Positions 9,387 through 20,286 are shown, counted from the stretch's first letter. The stretch: DNA of 64,000 nucleotides from Planctomycetota bacterium (GCA_036125855.1 JAYZTT010000016.1:112122-176121), one strand, 5' to 3'. Notes: generated by a model from the sequence alone, not told the origin. Program-made: numbers and translations.

Positions 9387-10480
9387 TAGAAAAACTCTTA
9401 CAAGACGCAGCTCCCATCTTGGAGTTCTGGGAGAGCCTACCGGGAATCGCACAGGCCGGAGTGATCATCATAATGGCCGTGGTCTGCGCGAAATTGTCAG
9501 CGTGGATCCTGACATCGATTGTAAGTCGGTGGACCAACAAGACAAAAACCACCGTCGACGATGAGCTGATCGCATTGATGCATCGCCCTGCATTCCTGGT
9601 GGTGTTGTTTCTCGGCCTCGCCATGGCCGCAAAAAAGGCCGGGATCCCGGAAGAAGTCCTGAATGTGACGATCTCGATTCTCGAGACGATTGGGATCCTG
9701 GTTCTGGTGGGATTCACCATTCGCGCATCTCGATTGTTACTGGACGCGCTGGCCAGAAAGCGTGACAAGTTCCCGCTGATTCAAACCCGCACCCTGCCCT
9801 TGTTTTACAACGCCTCCTTGCTGATTGTCATTGGAGCAGGAATTTATTTTCTCTTCCTCGCCTGGAAAATTGACCCGACGGCATGGCTTGCCTCGGCAGG
9901 CATCATCGGGCTTGCCCTCAGTTTCGCCGCCAAGGATAGCCTTGCGAATTTGTTCGCCGGCGCATTCATCATCGCCGATACCCCTTACCAGCTCGGCGAC
10001 TTTGTCATCCTTGGTTCCGGGGAACGAGGCAAGGTCACCCAGATCGGGCTGCGCAGTACCCGCCTGCTCACCCGGGACGACGTCGAAATCACCGTACCCA
10101 ATGCAGTGATGGGCAATTCCAAGATCATCAACGAAAGCGGTGGGCCATACGAGAAAGAGCGAATCAGGGTGCCGATTGGCGTCGCATATGGCTCAGATAT
10201 CGATCAGGTCGAACAGATCCTGTTGAGCATCGCTCAGGCTCAGGAGGAAATTCTGGAGACCCCTGAACCACGGGTCCGACTCCGGGCTTTTGGAGACTGG
10301 AGCGTTAACTTCGAACTGCTGTGCTGGATTAAAGAACCGGTTCTACGCGGAAGATTACGTCATCTACTCTGCAAGGAGATCTACAAGACCTTCATGGCGG
10401 AGGGGATAGAGATTCCTTACCCGAAAAGAGATGTGTACCTTCAAAACAATTCCGAACAAAACGCCAGGGGCCAGAGCTAA
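9377..10480 (+). CDS. Mechanosensitive ion channel, MscS family
   Basis: N-terminal TM helices followed by the MscS core: FAAKDSLANLFAGAFIIADTPYQLGDFV...GKVTQIGLRSTRLLTRDDVEITVPN. Confidence 0.85.
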   Translation: MGMIEKLLQDAAPILEFWESLPGIAQAGVIIIMAVVCAKLSAWILTSIVSRWTNKTKTTVDDELIALMHRPAFLVVLFLGLAMAAKKAGIPEEVLNVTISILETIGILVLVGFTIRASRLLLDALARKRDKFPLIQTRTLPLFYNASLLIVIGAGIYFLFLAWKIDPTAWLASAGIIGLALSFAAKDSLANLFAGAFIIADTPYQLGDFVILGSGERGKVTQIGLRSTRLLTRDDVEITVPNAVMGNSKIINESGGPYEKERIRVPIGVAYGSDIDQVEQILLSIAQAQEEILETPEPRVRLRAFGDWSVNFELLCWIKEPVLRGRLRHLLCKEIYKTFMAEGIEIPYPKRDVYLQNNSEQNARGQS

Positions 10481-10630
10481 TCGGTTCGACCACGATCAGA
10501 CTCTCGACCTCGATGACCTCACAGCCTACACTCTTGTCACGAACTCACAGAGGCTGTAAGGCAGCAACGAAAACCCGAGTGGCTTCTTTTGCCCACTCTC
10601 AACAATGCTCCTCGGCATAAGGATCTCAAC

Positions 10631-10984
10631 ATGACGGGCCCAAAAGTACTGATCGCATGCTCCGATTCGGAACTCCGATCAAATTGTTTCAATCGTGTCT
10701 CAGCACTGGGAGTTCGCGTCGATGCCGTTGGCGATCAGCGCAGCCTCTCTCGTCGATTGAAAAAGGATGAATACGTCATGGTTCTTCACGATGGGGCGCT
10801 GGAGATACCTTCCGAACTGGAAGATTGCTCTCACCTGATAGAGCCAGGGGGAGCGCTCGACCTGGCGCTAGAAGAGCGCGTACGAACCATTCTGGAAATC
10901 CCCGAACGCGCACCCGAAGAGAACGAAGGGTTGCCCGAGGGCAATCGACCCCCCTGGGAAAGCCACCGAGGCCGAGACTGGTAA
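10631..10984 (+). CDS. Hypothetical protein, weakly receiver-like N-terminus
   Basis: ORF 10589..10984; start set to ATG 10631 (MTGPKVLIACSD...). No clear catalytic or phospho-acceptor motif. Confidence 0.35.
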   Translation: MTGPKVLIACSDSELRSNCFNRVSALGVRVDAVGDQRSLSRRLKKDEYVMVLHDGALEIPSELEDCSHLIEPGGALDLALEERVRTILEIPERAPEENEGLPEGNRPPWESHRGRDW

Positions 10985-11022
10985 CTCTTTCGAATTAATC
11001 TCAACCCATCCGGTGGGGCAGC

Positions 11023-11712
11023 TCAGAGCTCGAGGCTGGCAAGCCACTGGGGAATTCTGACCGCAGTAATTTCTTCTGCTGACTTCATATCGGTAGCCAG
11101 CTGTTTCATCTGGTCCACTGGCATTGGATTGCGCCAGGTGGCTGCATCCTCGACATATAGCACCCGAGAATCCTTCAACCACGCCTCGATACGAATCAAA
11201 TGAAGAGCTTCACCCTGGACCTGCGGAGGCATCTGAAGCCTTAATCCTGAAAACCTGACCGGCCGTCCCAGAGCCTCCAGGCTATCCCCATCGAGAGCAA
11301 ATGCCCGCTGGGACAACCACTGGGCTGCCTCGCCGCCACCTGGAACCTGAATCAGGGTTCTGTGGGTCCTGGTTCGGGCAACGATCACGGGAATTTTGAC
11401 CCGCTTCTGAAGAGATCTGACCACCTCTTCAATACGCCTCGTCAGGACATCAGAACTCGCCGCTGCCCCCTCCTCCTGGAACACCAGACGGTCGCCGCCG
11501 ATGGTTACGCGGGATGTCCCACCCTCCTCCTTGGCAACCGTTTCCAGACGTGCACCTTTTCCCTGTCGAATAAAATTCTCATAGCCACACGGTCCAGACA
11601 CTTCCAGATAAACTTCTCGTAGTTGATCGGTTGAGATTTGAAAAGGCAGGTGGACCAGCTCAACAGCAACGCCAAGCGTACTCGGGTCGGGCGCAGACAG
11701 GGCATCGGTCAA
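11023..11712 (-). CDS. Hypothetical protein, third gene of the XPB operon
   Basis: 229-aa ORF whose TTG start forms a TTGA overlap with the stop of the upstream helicase-associated gene. Protein-like composition, no motif I can name. Confidence 0.5.
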   Translation of the reverse strand: MTDALSAPDPSTLGVAVELVHLPFQISTDQLREVYLEVSGPCGYENFIRQGKGARLETVAKEEGGTSRVTIGGDRLVFQEEGAAASSDVLTRRIEEVVRSLQKRVKIPVIVARTRTHRTLIQVPGGGEAAQWLSQRAFALDGDSLEALGRPVRFSGLRLQMPPQVQGEALHLIRIEAWLKDSRVLYVEDAATWRNPMPVDQMKQLATDMKSAEEITAVRIPQWLASLEL

Positions 11713-13733
11713 CTTGGATCCTCGCTAGGCGATTTTAATCTGAGCGCATCATCTTTTTCGATACGCACGAGCCAACCGTCCTCGCGCAATTTTTCTATGA
11801 AGCCAGGAGTCTGTTCGCTGCCGCCATCACAAGCAACGCCCGCTACCAGCACTTCACCTCTGCCGATTTCCCGATGCTTGATCTTCTCGCTGGTGAGCAG
11901 GGCGCAAAGGGAAGCACAGCGATCAGGTCTCAACCCGGAAAAGATCATGGCAGGGCGCACTTGAACCCAGTTCATATCGCGTCCCCAGTCACGGATCGAA
12001 ACCGCAACGGTCTCGGGCAACGGGTGGTCGCTGGCATCTTCCAGGATTTTGCGAATTTCATCGATGTTGAGTCCAGATCGAATTCCGGACCGCATCGACT
12101 CCGGGGTTGCCCTGTAGCGTCGAACGCGTTCGGCAGAGACACGTTCAGCAAAACGAGCCAGCTGCAATTCGAGCCGCATTCCGGGCACACCCTCGGTGAT
12201 CAACATGATTTCAAAATCTGGATTGACCAGGATTCGACACTCTCCAGGATCACTGTCATGTCCAAGCAGCTCGCGACCCAGGGCTGTCAAACGGAACGCG
12301 GACAGGGACCCATCGACCAGACCGATTTCGCACATCCCGAGAGACAGCAATCGATTCACGATCCAGTAGGCCAGATCTGTACCGAGTCGCGAGAAGGGGC
12401 TCTGCAGGCGTTCCCGTGCAAAATCTTCCTCGCGACGCTGACGTAACAGGCTGGAAACTTCTCGTTCTTCAAGTTCCAGCAGATACGTGCTGACCGTGAA
12501 GTCGATCAATACATCCAGGGAAATCCATCCATCGCCGCCATGGGAGCGAAGGCTTTCCAGCAAGATCGCTCGCAGGGCTTCCTGATGGAAAGACCAGCGG
12601 TTGCCGGCACTTTCATCCAGAAACTTTTGAAGCAACACTTCGACCTTGCGGTCGTAATCGAGGCCTCGCCAGGAATTGAGCCTGTCATCGTTAACCCTCA
12701 GTTCGCCAGCGAAATTTTCAATGATCCCAAGCCGCAGAGCCACCCGCAAAACTCGAGTGATGGTGTTTCCATCCAGGTGCTCGGCCAGGCGCTCCAGCGC
12801 CATCGTCTGGCGAAGTTGTTCGGCAAGCCTTTTCGGAAAATTACCAGACCTCGTCAGTCTCACCGGATGCTGTTCAACATGAAGCGCAAGCGCCTCCAGG
12901 TCGATGAACAGGTCCACCCCGGCCTCCAGCAGCTTGTCGGGAGCCGCGTCGACCTTCATTCGCATTCGAGACCGCAGTTGAATCCATTCCTGGAAGATCA
13001 CCAGTGATGGATCCGGTATCGTGATTCCAAAATCTTGCAGGCTCACGCTCCCGATGGTGCCGATTCCAGCCTCCTCAAGAACGACTCGCCAAGCGGCAAA
13101 ATCTTCCTCGGAAGCGCCTTTTTCTTCGATGAACTCGATGATCTCGTCACTGGAGAGATCAAGGATTCCACGCTTCTGCAGGGCCAGATTGCACAGCTCC
13201 GCAAGAATCGGGCTCCCCAGCTCATCGATTCGGCTTTCCATCGTCTTCGATTCAAAATCAATGTCAAAGGAGAGTCTTTTCTGGCTGATGACATCTGCAG
13301 CGGAAATGTCATCTCCCTCAACCAGCATCACCCGCGCCAGATGGGTTGCCAGTTCCTCGGGAATTTCCAGGATTTCTGATCGGCGACCGCCTCGTTTTGA
13401 CTGACGGGATATGAAGCCTCGCTCGATCAGCTGTCGCAAAGTTGATTCGACTTCGATTCGAGAGGCCCCGCTCTGCACCAGGGTCTCCTGCAATTCTGGC
13501 AAGGCTGCTCGGGGTTTTGGTTTCGATAAAACCGCAGTGATCAAACGCCTTTGAGAGTTGCTGAGACGGGCGACTCGTTCTTCTATTCCGGATCCCTTGA
13601 CCAGAGCAGCAGCAACACGTTCGCGCAATTCATCGGCTCTGTAGCGAACCGATTCACCGGGAAGCCAAAATTGATGAATGGTCTGGAGCTCGGCCTTTTT
13701 GAGTCCCCTGAGGGCTTCGCTGACGAAACTCAT
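11709..13733 (-). CDS. Helicase-associated protein (XPB partner; Helicase_C_3-type C-terminal region)
   Basis: 674-aa ORF in an ATGA overlap with the XPB stop. Large helical protein with winged-helix-like N-terminal segments. An adjacent 'helicase-associated' gene is the usual bacterial neighbour of XPB. Confidence 0.65.
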   Translation of the reverse strand: MSFVSEALRGLKKAELQTIHQFWLPGESVRYRADELRERVAAALVKGSGIEERVARLSNSQRRLITAVLSKPKPRAALPELQETLVQSGASRIEVESTLRQLIERGFISRQSKRGGRRSEILEIPEELATHLARVMLVEGDDISAADVISQKRLSFDIDFESKTMESRIDELGSPILAELCNLALQKRGILDLSSDEIIEFIEEKGASEEDFAAWRVVLEEAGIGTIGSVSLQDFGITIPDPSLVIFQEWIQLRSRMRMKVDAAPDKLLEAGVDLFIDLEALALHVEQHPVRLTRSGNFPKRLAEQLRQTMALERLAEHLDGNTITRVLRVALRLGIIENFAGELRVNDDRLNSWRGLDYDRKVEVLLQKFLDESAGNRWSFHQEALRAILLESLRSHGGDGWISLDVLIDFTVSTYLLELEEREVSSLLRQRREEDFARERLQSPFSRLGTDLAYWIVNRLLSLGMCEIGLVDGSLSAFRLTALGRELLGHDSDPGECRILVNPDFEIMLITEGVPGMRLELQLARFAERVSAERVRRYRATPESMRSGIRSGLNIDEIRKILEDASDHPLPETVAVSIRDWGRDMNWVQVRPAMIFSGLRPDRCASLCALLTSEKIKHREIGRGEVLVAGVACDGGSEQTPGFIEKLREDGWLVRIEKDDALRLKSPSEDPS

Positions 13734-15409
13734 TGAAGAACCTCCTCTTGCTCCTCAATTTCGTAGCGGTAACCCTGCTCCATCAAAAATCTTTGTCTTC
13801 GTTGTGCGAAATCCTGATCACGGCTATCACGAGTGACCAGGGAATAGAAGGTCGCTTCCCTGCCATCTGACTTCGGGCGCAAGACTCGACCCAGCCTCTG
13901 GGCCTCTTCTTGTCGCGAACCGTAGGTACCCGAAATCTGAACAGCTACGGATGCATCGGGAAGATCCACGGCAAAATTGCCAACCTTGCTAACGATCAGC
14001 ACCGGCACCTCGCCAGCACGGAACGCCGCATACAATCGCTCCCGCTCATCCTGTGGCGTGTGACCGGTGATCAACGGCGCACCGATCGATCGAGTGACCT
14101 CTTTCAGTTGACGCAAGTACTGCCCAATTACCAGAATTCGGTCGCCCTCATGTCGCTTCAAAATTTCCTGCAACCTCTTCAGTTTCATCGGATTCTCGGA
14201 AGAAATCCGGAATCGATGTCGTCGGTCTGCAGCCAGATAGCTTTCTCGCTCCTCGGCAGGCAAGTCGAGGCGAACCTCAACACAACGCACCTTGGCGATA
14301 AACCCTTCCTTTTCCAGGTCACGCCAGGGCATGTCATAGATACGAGGGCCGATGAGCGTAAACACCTCATCTTCGCTGCCATCTTCCCTGACCAGGGTGG
14401 CCGTCAACCCGAGACGGCGACGAGCCTGAATTTCCGCCGTGAACCGAAAGACCGGCGCTGGCAGCATGTGAACTTCGTCATAGATGATGAGGCCCCAGTC
14501 ATGCCCCGAGAACAGATCCAGGTGCGTGAACTCGTCTGTTTTTGATTTTCGATGCGCCGTGATCTGATAAGTGGCAACCGTGATGGACGCGATCTCTTTT
14601 CGTGCGCCAGAATATTCGGCGACATCGTCTTCTCCCAGATTGGTCCACTGGATGATTTCTTTGCGCCACTGACGAATGCTCGTGATGTTTGGCGCCAGGA
14701 TGAGAGTCTGGCATTTCAGTTTTTCTATCAACCCGATACCAACCATCGTTTTCCCTGCCCCACAGGGAAGAACAACTACTCCCGACCCACCGCCGCCGCC
14801 CTGGTCGGCAAAAAACGCGTCTACCGATTCGCTCTGGTAATTTCGCAATGCGAATTCGGTATCTTCCGGGTAGCAGATGTCGAGAGCGGCTCCGGTGCGA
14901 AAACCTGCACGGTCAGCTATCGGAAACCCGTTGCGTATCATTGCAACCTTCAGGGCGCCACGATGCGCCGGATCGACACGATAAGCATTTTCCTCAACAG
15001 GTTCGGTCAGTATTTTTGTAAGGGAAGGTCTATTGGAAAGCGATGCTAGATGATCATCTTCTGCATCGATTGGCCGCAACAACAATGACTCGCTGTCAGG
15101 CTCTCTGATCAGTTCGAAACGCCCGAAGCTAGATAGCGCCTTTCGAACAACATCCACCAGAGCCTTGGGAACCGGGTAACGTGCGTTATCCTCGAGGAGT
15201 GCGAGGATCTTCTCCTCGCTCCATCCAGACTGAGCAGCATTCCATAACGAGATCGGGGTAATCCGATACTCATGGAAATATTCTGGGCTCTTTTCCAGAT
15301 GGGCTATGGCAGCCAGTTCGTGCCTGAGGCGCTGGGCGGAAGGATGATGGACCTCCAGCAGCAACGTCCCATCGCTCTGTACGATGAGCGATTTATCGTC
15401 GGTATTCAT
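13730..15409 (-). CDS. xpb: DNA repair helicase XPB (ERCC3/RAD25 family, SF2)
   Basis: Walker A VLPCGAGKT, DEVH box IIYDEVHMLPA, LGLTATLVREDG including the XPB-specific RED motif, and an N-terminal XPB-type damage-recognition-like domain. Confidence 0.85.
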   Translation of the reverse strand: MNTDDKSLIVQSDGTLLLEVHHPSAQRLRHELAAIAHLEKSPEYFHEYRITPISLWNAAQSGWSEEKILALLEDNARYPVPKALVDVVRKALSSFGRFELIREPDSESLLLRPIDAEDDHLASLSNRPSLTKILTEPVEENAYRVDPAHRGALKVAMIRNGFPIADRAGFRTGAALDICYPEDTEFALRNYQSESVDAFFADQGGGGGSGVVVLPCGAGKTMVGIGLIEKLKCQTLILAPNITSIRQWRKEIIQWTNLGEDDVAEYSGARKEIASITVATYQITAHRKSKTDEFTHLDLFSGHDWGLIIYDEVHMLPAPVFRFTAEIQARRRLGLTATLVREDGSEDEVFTLIGPRIYDMPWRDLEKEGFIAKVRCVEVRLDLPAEERESYLAADRRHRFRISSENPMKLKRLQEILKRHEGDRILVIGQYLRQLKEVTRSIGAPLITGHTPQDERERLYAAFRAGEVPVLIVSKVGNFAVDLPDASVAVQISGTYGSRQEEAQRLGRVLRPKSDGREATFYSLVTRDSRDQDFAQRRQRFLMEQGYRYEIEEQEEVLQ

Positions 15410-15876
15410 CTTGCAACGCCAGGCAGGTCGATTTCGGCTTATCGCCGGTGCAATGGTCTGAGACTCCTAGGCCTCTAACCCGCAACCATCGAAGTGCCAG
15501 GCAAATCTCCTAGTAAAATCAAGTTCAGGCCTGAACCCAAAAAGGGAAGGCACTGCACTGCATTTAGTTCGGTGTCCTTGCTACGCATCCAGGATTCCCC
15601 ACCCGGATACGTTCCCCTCTGTGTCGCACGGAAAACTTTTTCCCGCGCCTCCGCAAACGCCGGCGCTTTTCCCCTTTTCCCCCGCACCAACGACAAGCAA
15701 GCTTTCAGAACCACGGCCCCGACGAATGTCCGGGACTTGCGCACCTCAAAAGCTGAAGAAGCACCATGGGATAGCAATCCTAAAGAGCCATTCAGATTCA
15801 GATGGTACGATCACTGATGATATGCCATGAACTCGGTGTGGAATCTACCACCCATTTCGAGAGAGTTTTTCCACAA

Positions 15877-18327
15877 TCACCCTTGCGTTTCGCCTTTTTC
15901 TGGTTCTTCTGCCGCAACTTCAACAAGCTCCATGCCGATGACAGCATCTCCATCCTTGACGCTGATCAGTCGCACACCTTGAGTGTTACGGCCGATTGGG
16001 CGCACATTCTCCAGCGAAATCCGAACCAGCATCCCGCCAGATGTCATCAACATTGCATCGCGGTCCCCGGAGAGAACACAGGCAGAAACAACCTTGCCGT
16101 TTCTCTTGGTCGTTCGAATGTCGATGAGGCCCTTGCCGCCACGTTTCTGGGCACGGTATTCGGTAAAGAGAGTTTTCTTGCCAAAACCATGCTCGCAAAC
16201 CGTTAGCAGAGATCCTTCATCATCCACTACCGCCATCGAAACCACACAATCCCCTGCTCCAAGAGCGATCCCGTTGACACCGGCAGCATCCCGACCCATC
16301 GGCCGCACGTCGTGTTCGGAAAAACGAATCGACATCCCGGACGCCGTGGAAAGCACCACCTCGTCCTCTCCGGATGTGATGGTGACCCCGATCAACTCGT
16401 CCTCATCGTTGATTTTTATCGCCTTGATACCGGTTCTCTTCGGCCGAGAGTAGGCAACGAGGGGTGTTTTCTTGACCTTTCCGAGGCGGGTAGCAAACAG
16501 CAACTGGCGGTCATCGAAATTGACCACACGGATCATGCGCAGGATCTTTTCTTCCTTTTCAAGCTCCAGCAGATGCACCACGGGTTTCCCCCGTGCAGTT
16601 CGAGCGAGATCAGGCAGTTCATACACCTTGAGCCAGTAAACCTTACCCCGGTCAGAGAAAAGGAGCAGCGTGTCGTGAGTCCCCGCCACGAACAGATTTT
16701 TGACAAAATCATCTTCGCGGACAGTTCCTCCGGAGACTCCCTTGCCGCCACGTCCCTGTGACTTGTAGGTAGTCAGGGGGGTTCGTTTGACAAAACCCTG
16801 ATGGGTCAAGGTGACGACAACGTCTTCCTCGGCGATCAGGTCGGCGTAATTGATCTCCTCGGCCGCCTCTTCGATAGCGGTTCTTCGGGTGTCCTTGAAG
16901 CGGTCGCGTAAATCGTGAATATCTTCCCTGATGATCTCCGTAACCACGCCCTCATCGGTAAGAACCCTGCGATGGTATTCAATCTCTTCGCGTGTTTCTC
17001 CAAGGTCCCCCTGGAGCTTCTCGCGTTCCAGCCCGGTCAGTCGGCGAAGCTGCATCCGGAGAATGGCATCGGTCTGAATCCGTGTCAGCGCAAACTCAGA
17101 CATCAGAGCGCTACGCGCATCGTCTTCGCTGTGCTTAGAACGGATCAACTCAATCACGCGATCGATGTTGTCAGTAGCAACGATTAAGCCCTCAAGGATG
17201 TGCGCCTTGCGCTCCGCTTTTGCCAGAAGATGGCGAGATCGTCGCCGGATCACCTCGCGACGGTGATCTCTGTAAGCGCGGAGCAGGTCGAGCAGGCTGA
17301 GTGTTCGCGGCTTGCCTTCAACCAGGGCAATTTGCTGGACACCAAAGGTGGTTTGCAGCTGGGTGTGTTTGAAGAGCTGGTTCAGGATGACTTGTGCGTT
17401 CTCATCCTTTTTCAGCTCGACCACCAGTCGAATGCCGGTCCGGTCTGATTCGTCTCGAATATCGGAAACGCCGGTGAGACGCCCATCTTTCACCAGACCC
17501 GCAATGTCGGTGGCGAGCTTCGCCTTGGAAACCTGATAAGGAATCTCCGTGATGACGATGGCTTCTTTTTTCTTGGTCATTTCTTCGAAATGAGTTTTCG
17601 CTCGCAGGGTGAGCAATCCTCGACCCTTGCTGTAAGCATCCAGGATGCCGCGGCGACCGCAAATCACACCGCCGGTCGGGAAATCAGGGCCTTCGATCAC
17701 CTCGAGCAGGTCCTGCAACTGCACGTCAGGGTTGTCGAGCAACATCAGCAGCGCGTTGCAGGTTTCCTGCAGATTGTGAGGGGCGAAGTTGGTCGACATT
17801 CCAACTGCGATCCCGGAACCACCATTGACCACCAGGTTGGGAAACTTGGCCGGCAAGACGGTGGGCTCATCGCGTGTATCATCATAGTTGCGAATGAAAT
17901 CGACGGTCTCCTTGTCGATGTCTGCGAGCATCTCCGTCGAGGCTTCGGTCATGCGAGCCTCGGTGTATCTCATCGCCGCAGGGGGGTCGCCATCGATCGA
18001 TCCAAAGTTGCCCTGCCCATCGACCATCGTCTGGCGCATATTGAAGGGCTGTGCCATCCGGACAAGGGTTGGATAAATCACCGACTCTCCGTGAGGGTGG
18101 TAGTTACCGGAGGTGTCGCCAGCCACCTTTGCACACTTCCTGTGCTTGGAGCGAGGACCCAGGTTGAGATCGTTCATCGCAACGAGAATTCGCCTCTGAG
18201 ACGGCTTCAAACCATCCCGTACATCCGGCAGCGCCCGCTGGATGATGACACTCATGGCATAGGTGAGATACGAACCCTTCATCTCTTCTTCGAGTGAAAG
18301 AGGTTGGATCCTTTGTTCGTTCGTCAT
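15877..18327 (-). CDS. gyrA: DNA gyrase subunit A
   Basis: [30 protein letters not shown], the active-site region AAMRYTE, and C-terminal beta-pinwheel repeats. Confidence 0.97.
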   Translation of the reverse strand: MTNEQRIQPLSLEEEMKGSYLTYAMSVIIQRALPDVRDGLKPSQRRILVAMNDLNLGPRSKHRKCAKVAGDTSGNYHPHGESVIYPTLVRMAQPFNMRQTMVDGQGNFGSIDGDPPAAMRYTEARMTEASTEMLADIDKETVDFIRNYDDTRDEPTVLPAKFPNLVVNGGSGIAVGMSTNFAPHNLQETCNALLMLLDNPDVQLQDLLEVIEGPDFPTGGVICGRRGILDAYSKGRGLLTLRAKTHFEEMTKKKEAIVITEIPYQVSKAKLATDIAGLVKDGRLTGVSDIRDESDRTGIRLVVELKKDENAQVILNQLFKHTQLQTTFGVQQIALVEGKPRTLSLLDLLRAYRDHRREVIRRRSRHLLAKAERKAHILEGLIVATDNIDRVIELIRSKHSEDDARSALMSEFALTRIQTDAILRMQLRRLTGLEREKLQGDLGETREEIEYHRRVLTDEGVVTEIIREDIHDLRDRFKDTRRTAIEEAAEEINYADLIAEEDVVVTLTHQGFVKRTPLTTYKSQGRGGKGVSGGTVREDDFVKNLFVAGTHDTLLLFSDRGKVYWLKVYELPDLARTARGKPVVHLLELEKEEKILRMIRVVNFDDRQLLFATRLGKVKKTPLVAYSRPKRTGIKAIKINDEDELIGVTITSGEDEVVLSTASGMSIRFSEHDVRPMGRDAAGVNGIALGAGDCVVSMAVVDDEGSLLTVCEHGFGKKTLFTEYRAQKRGGKGLIDIRTTKRNGKVVSACVLSGDRDAMLMTSGGMLVRISLENVRPIGRNTQGVRLISVKDGDAVIGMELVEVAAEEPEKGETQG

Positions 18328-18372
18328 CGTATTCGGTCTCCTGGTCAGTCAGCGCCTAGGCGCAAACATGTA

Positions 18373-19395
18373 TCAACAAGTTTCGTATGCAACTTCTGCC
18401 CTACGCACGAGCGCGGACAACAAGGTGTTTGCTGGCGAATCGAGGCCAGCCGATCCGAGCGCGCGCTCTATCGCTCCGCAAATCCAGTCGATTTCAGTTC
18501 TTCTCCCGGCTGACAGGTCTTGCAATGTCGAACAGCGATTGGGCGCAGTATCTCGACACAATTCCCTCAACAGCTGCTCCGGATCCACTCCAGAAAGAGC
18601 AACGCCCTGCACCGAAGCGGCCTGGCATCCCTCCCTGGCAGCCTCGACCGAGAGCGCAAAGGCTGGATGCTCGGGCAGCTCCCCATTCTTGCAGCCAAGC
18701 AGCGCCGCAACGGGATTGAGGCCCGCGTTCAACATCGCCTTTTTCCAGACCAGCGGACGCCCATCATCAACAACACGCGTCCGCAATCCGCCGCTGGCCA
18801 GGCGCAACGCCACCTGCGTTGCATCTTCTACCGCTGCTGGCTCGCCATTGCTGGTATCCAGCGGCCCGATGGCAATCTCTCCGCCATCCCCGCGCAACTG
18901 GACCGTTCCATCCGGTTCCGGGAGCAACCCGTAGGTCACCGTAGCGGCAACACACTTTTTCACACCGAGGTCACCGAGCGCTTGCTCATGTCCCAGGCCA
19001 TTGCTCAACACGGCGACGGTCCCACCATCCTCGACCAGAGGCGCGACCTCGCTCATTGCATCGGCAAGATCGGTCGCCTTGGTGCAAAGCAACACCAGGG
19101 GAAATACCCGGTCTCGCATCGAAGCTGCCGGGGCAGAGGGCACCGCAACGGTTCGTGCCGGTGGAACCGAGCCAGACGTCGTAGCGGACTCATCGTCCAG
19201 CAAATTGTTGTCCCTCACACAGCAGGTAGTCACTCCCGATGTGGTTCCGGGTCTCGTGACCAGGACCACATCGCCTGCCGACGAGCTCTGCCCGGAAACA
19301 ATCCTTGCGGCCAACCAGCGCCCCAGAGCCCCAGCTCCGACAATTGCGACATCGCACGACGGTCTATTCGGCTCTGGTGGGGACTCTTGCATCAT
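18373..19395 (-). CDS. panE: 2-dehydropantoate 2-reductase
   Basis: Rossmann motif VAIVGAGALGRWLAARI and the ApbA/PanE C-terminal segment STLQDLSAGRRTEIDWICGAI. Start moved to ATG 19395, just after the panB stop. Confidence 0.8.
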   Translation of the reverse strand: MMQESPPEPNRPSCDVAIVGAGALGRWLAARIVSGQSSSAGDVVLVTRPGTTSGVTTCCVRDNNLLDDESATTSGSVPPARTVAVPSAPAASMRDRVFPLVLLCTKATDLADAMSEVAPLVEDGGTVAVLSNGLGHEQALGDLGVKKCVAATVTYGLLPEPDGTVQLRGDGGEIAIGPLDTSNGEPAAVEDATQVALRLASGGLRTRVVDDGRPLVWKKAMLNAGLNPVAALLGCKNGELPEHPAFALSVEAAREGCQAASVQGVALSGVDPEQLLRELCRDTAPNRCSTLQDLSAGRRTEIDWICGAIERALGSAGLDSPANTLLSALVRRAEVAYETC

Positions 19396-19399
19396 CGGG

Positions 19400-20263
19400 C
19401 TACCCGCTAAGCTCTCGTTCGGGATCCTCTTCGCGCGAGCCCTCGACATCATCGGAGGCTGGCATCGAAAACGACTCCTTCGGCGAGGGAAACGCTCCAG
19501 AGCTCACGTCGCTACAAAACTGCTTCACCGCATCGCTCAGCAGTTGCTGTGCTTCCGCGTAACGACGAACGAATCGTGGCTGAAAGTCACCAGACAGGCC
19601 GACCAGGTCATGAAACACGAGCACTTGCGCATCCACTGCCGGCCCCGCGCCGATACCCACAACAGGGATCGACACCTTGCCCGTAATCGTCTCCGCCAGG
19701 GAAGCGGGAACACATTCAAGAACAAGGGAAAAGGCTCCCGCCTCCTCCAGCGCAATCGCGTCATCGACAATCTTCTGGGCCGAAGAGGCATCGGTTCCCT
19801 GCACACGATATCCGCCGAGCTGGGTGGCGTTTTGTGGTGTCAACCCTAGATGTCCCATCACCGGGATTCCCGCATCGACTATCTTCCTGACGGTCGATGT
19901 GCGCGGGCCACCACCCTCCAGCTTCACCGCATCGGCACCACCCTCCTGAACCAGCCGACCGGCGTTTCTTACCGCCTCCTCATCGTTCACCTGAACAGAA
20001 AGGAAGGGAAGATCGCCGATAACAAACAGTTCAGGCGCGCCTCGACGAACCGCTGCGACATGATGCACCATATGATCCATCGTGACGGGAATGGTGCTGT
20101 CGTATCCAAGAATGACATTACCAAGAGAATCGCCAACCAGGGCAACAGGAACTCCCGCCGCCGCGAGCACTTTTGCAGTGGGCGCATCGTAGGCGGTCAG
20201 GCACACCCAGGGCTGCCCCTGCTGCTTCCACCGCACCAAATCCTGCAAAGCTATCTTGGCCAT
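19400..20263 (-). CDS. panB: 3-methyl-2-oxobutanoate hydroxymethyltransferase
   Basis: LTAYDAPTAKVL..VALVGDSLGNVILGYDSTIPVTMDHMVHH, KLEGG and VMGHLGLTPQ. Confidence 0.93.
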   Translation of the reverse strand: MAKIALQDLVRWKQQGQPWVCLTAYDAPTAKVLAAAGVPVALVGDSLGNVILGYDSTIPVTMDHMVHHVAAVRRGAPELFVIGDLPFLSVQVNDEEAVRNAGRLVQEGGADAVKLEGGGPRTSTVRKIVDAGIPVMGHLGLTPQNATQLGGYRVQGTDASSAQKIVDDAIALEEAGAFSLVLECVPASLAETITGKVSIPVVGIGAGPAVDAQVLVFHDLVGLSGDFQPRFVRRYAEAQQLLSDAVKQFCSDVSSGAFPSPKESFSMPASDDVEGSREEDPERELSG

Positions 20264-20286
20264 CTTTTGACTTCCACTTCTCGCGA

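Noticed and set aside
15475-15830. ORFs 15475..15777(-), 15494..15817(+) and 15621..15830(+) as genes in the gyrA-XPB gap.
   Set aside because: They mutually overlap, lack RBS-like sequences and have skewed Arg/Ser/Pro/Gly composition. I treated the region as non-coding and possibly RNA-encoding.
18520-19849. Plus-strand ORFs 18520..19410 (296 aa) and 19001..19849 (282 aa).
   Set aside because: They are antisense to panE and panB, both of which have unambiguous family motifs. The plus-strand translations are Arg/Ser/Pro-rich and lack motifs.
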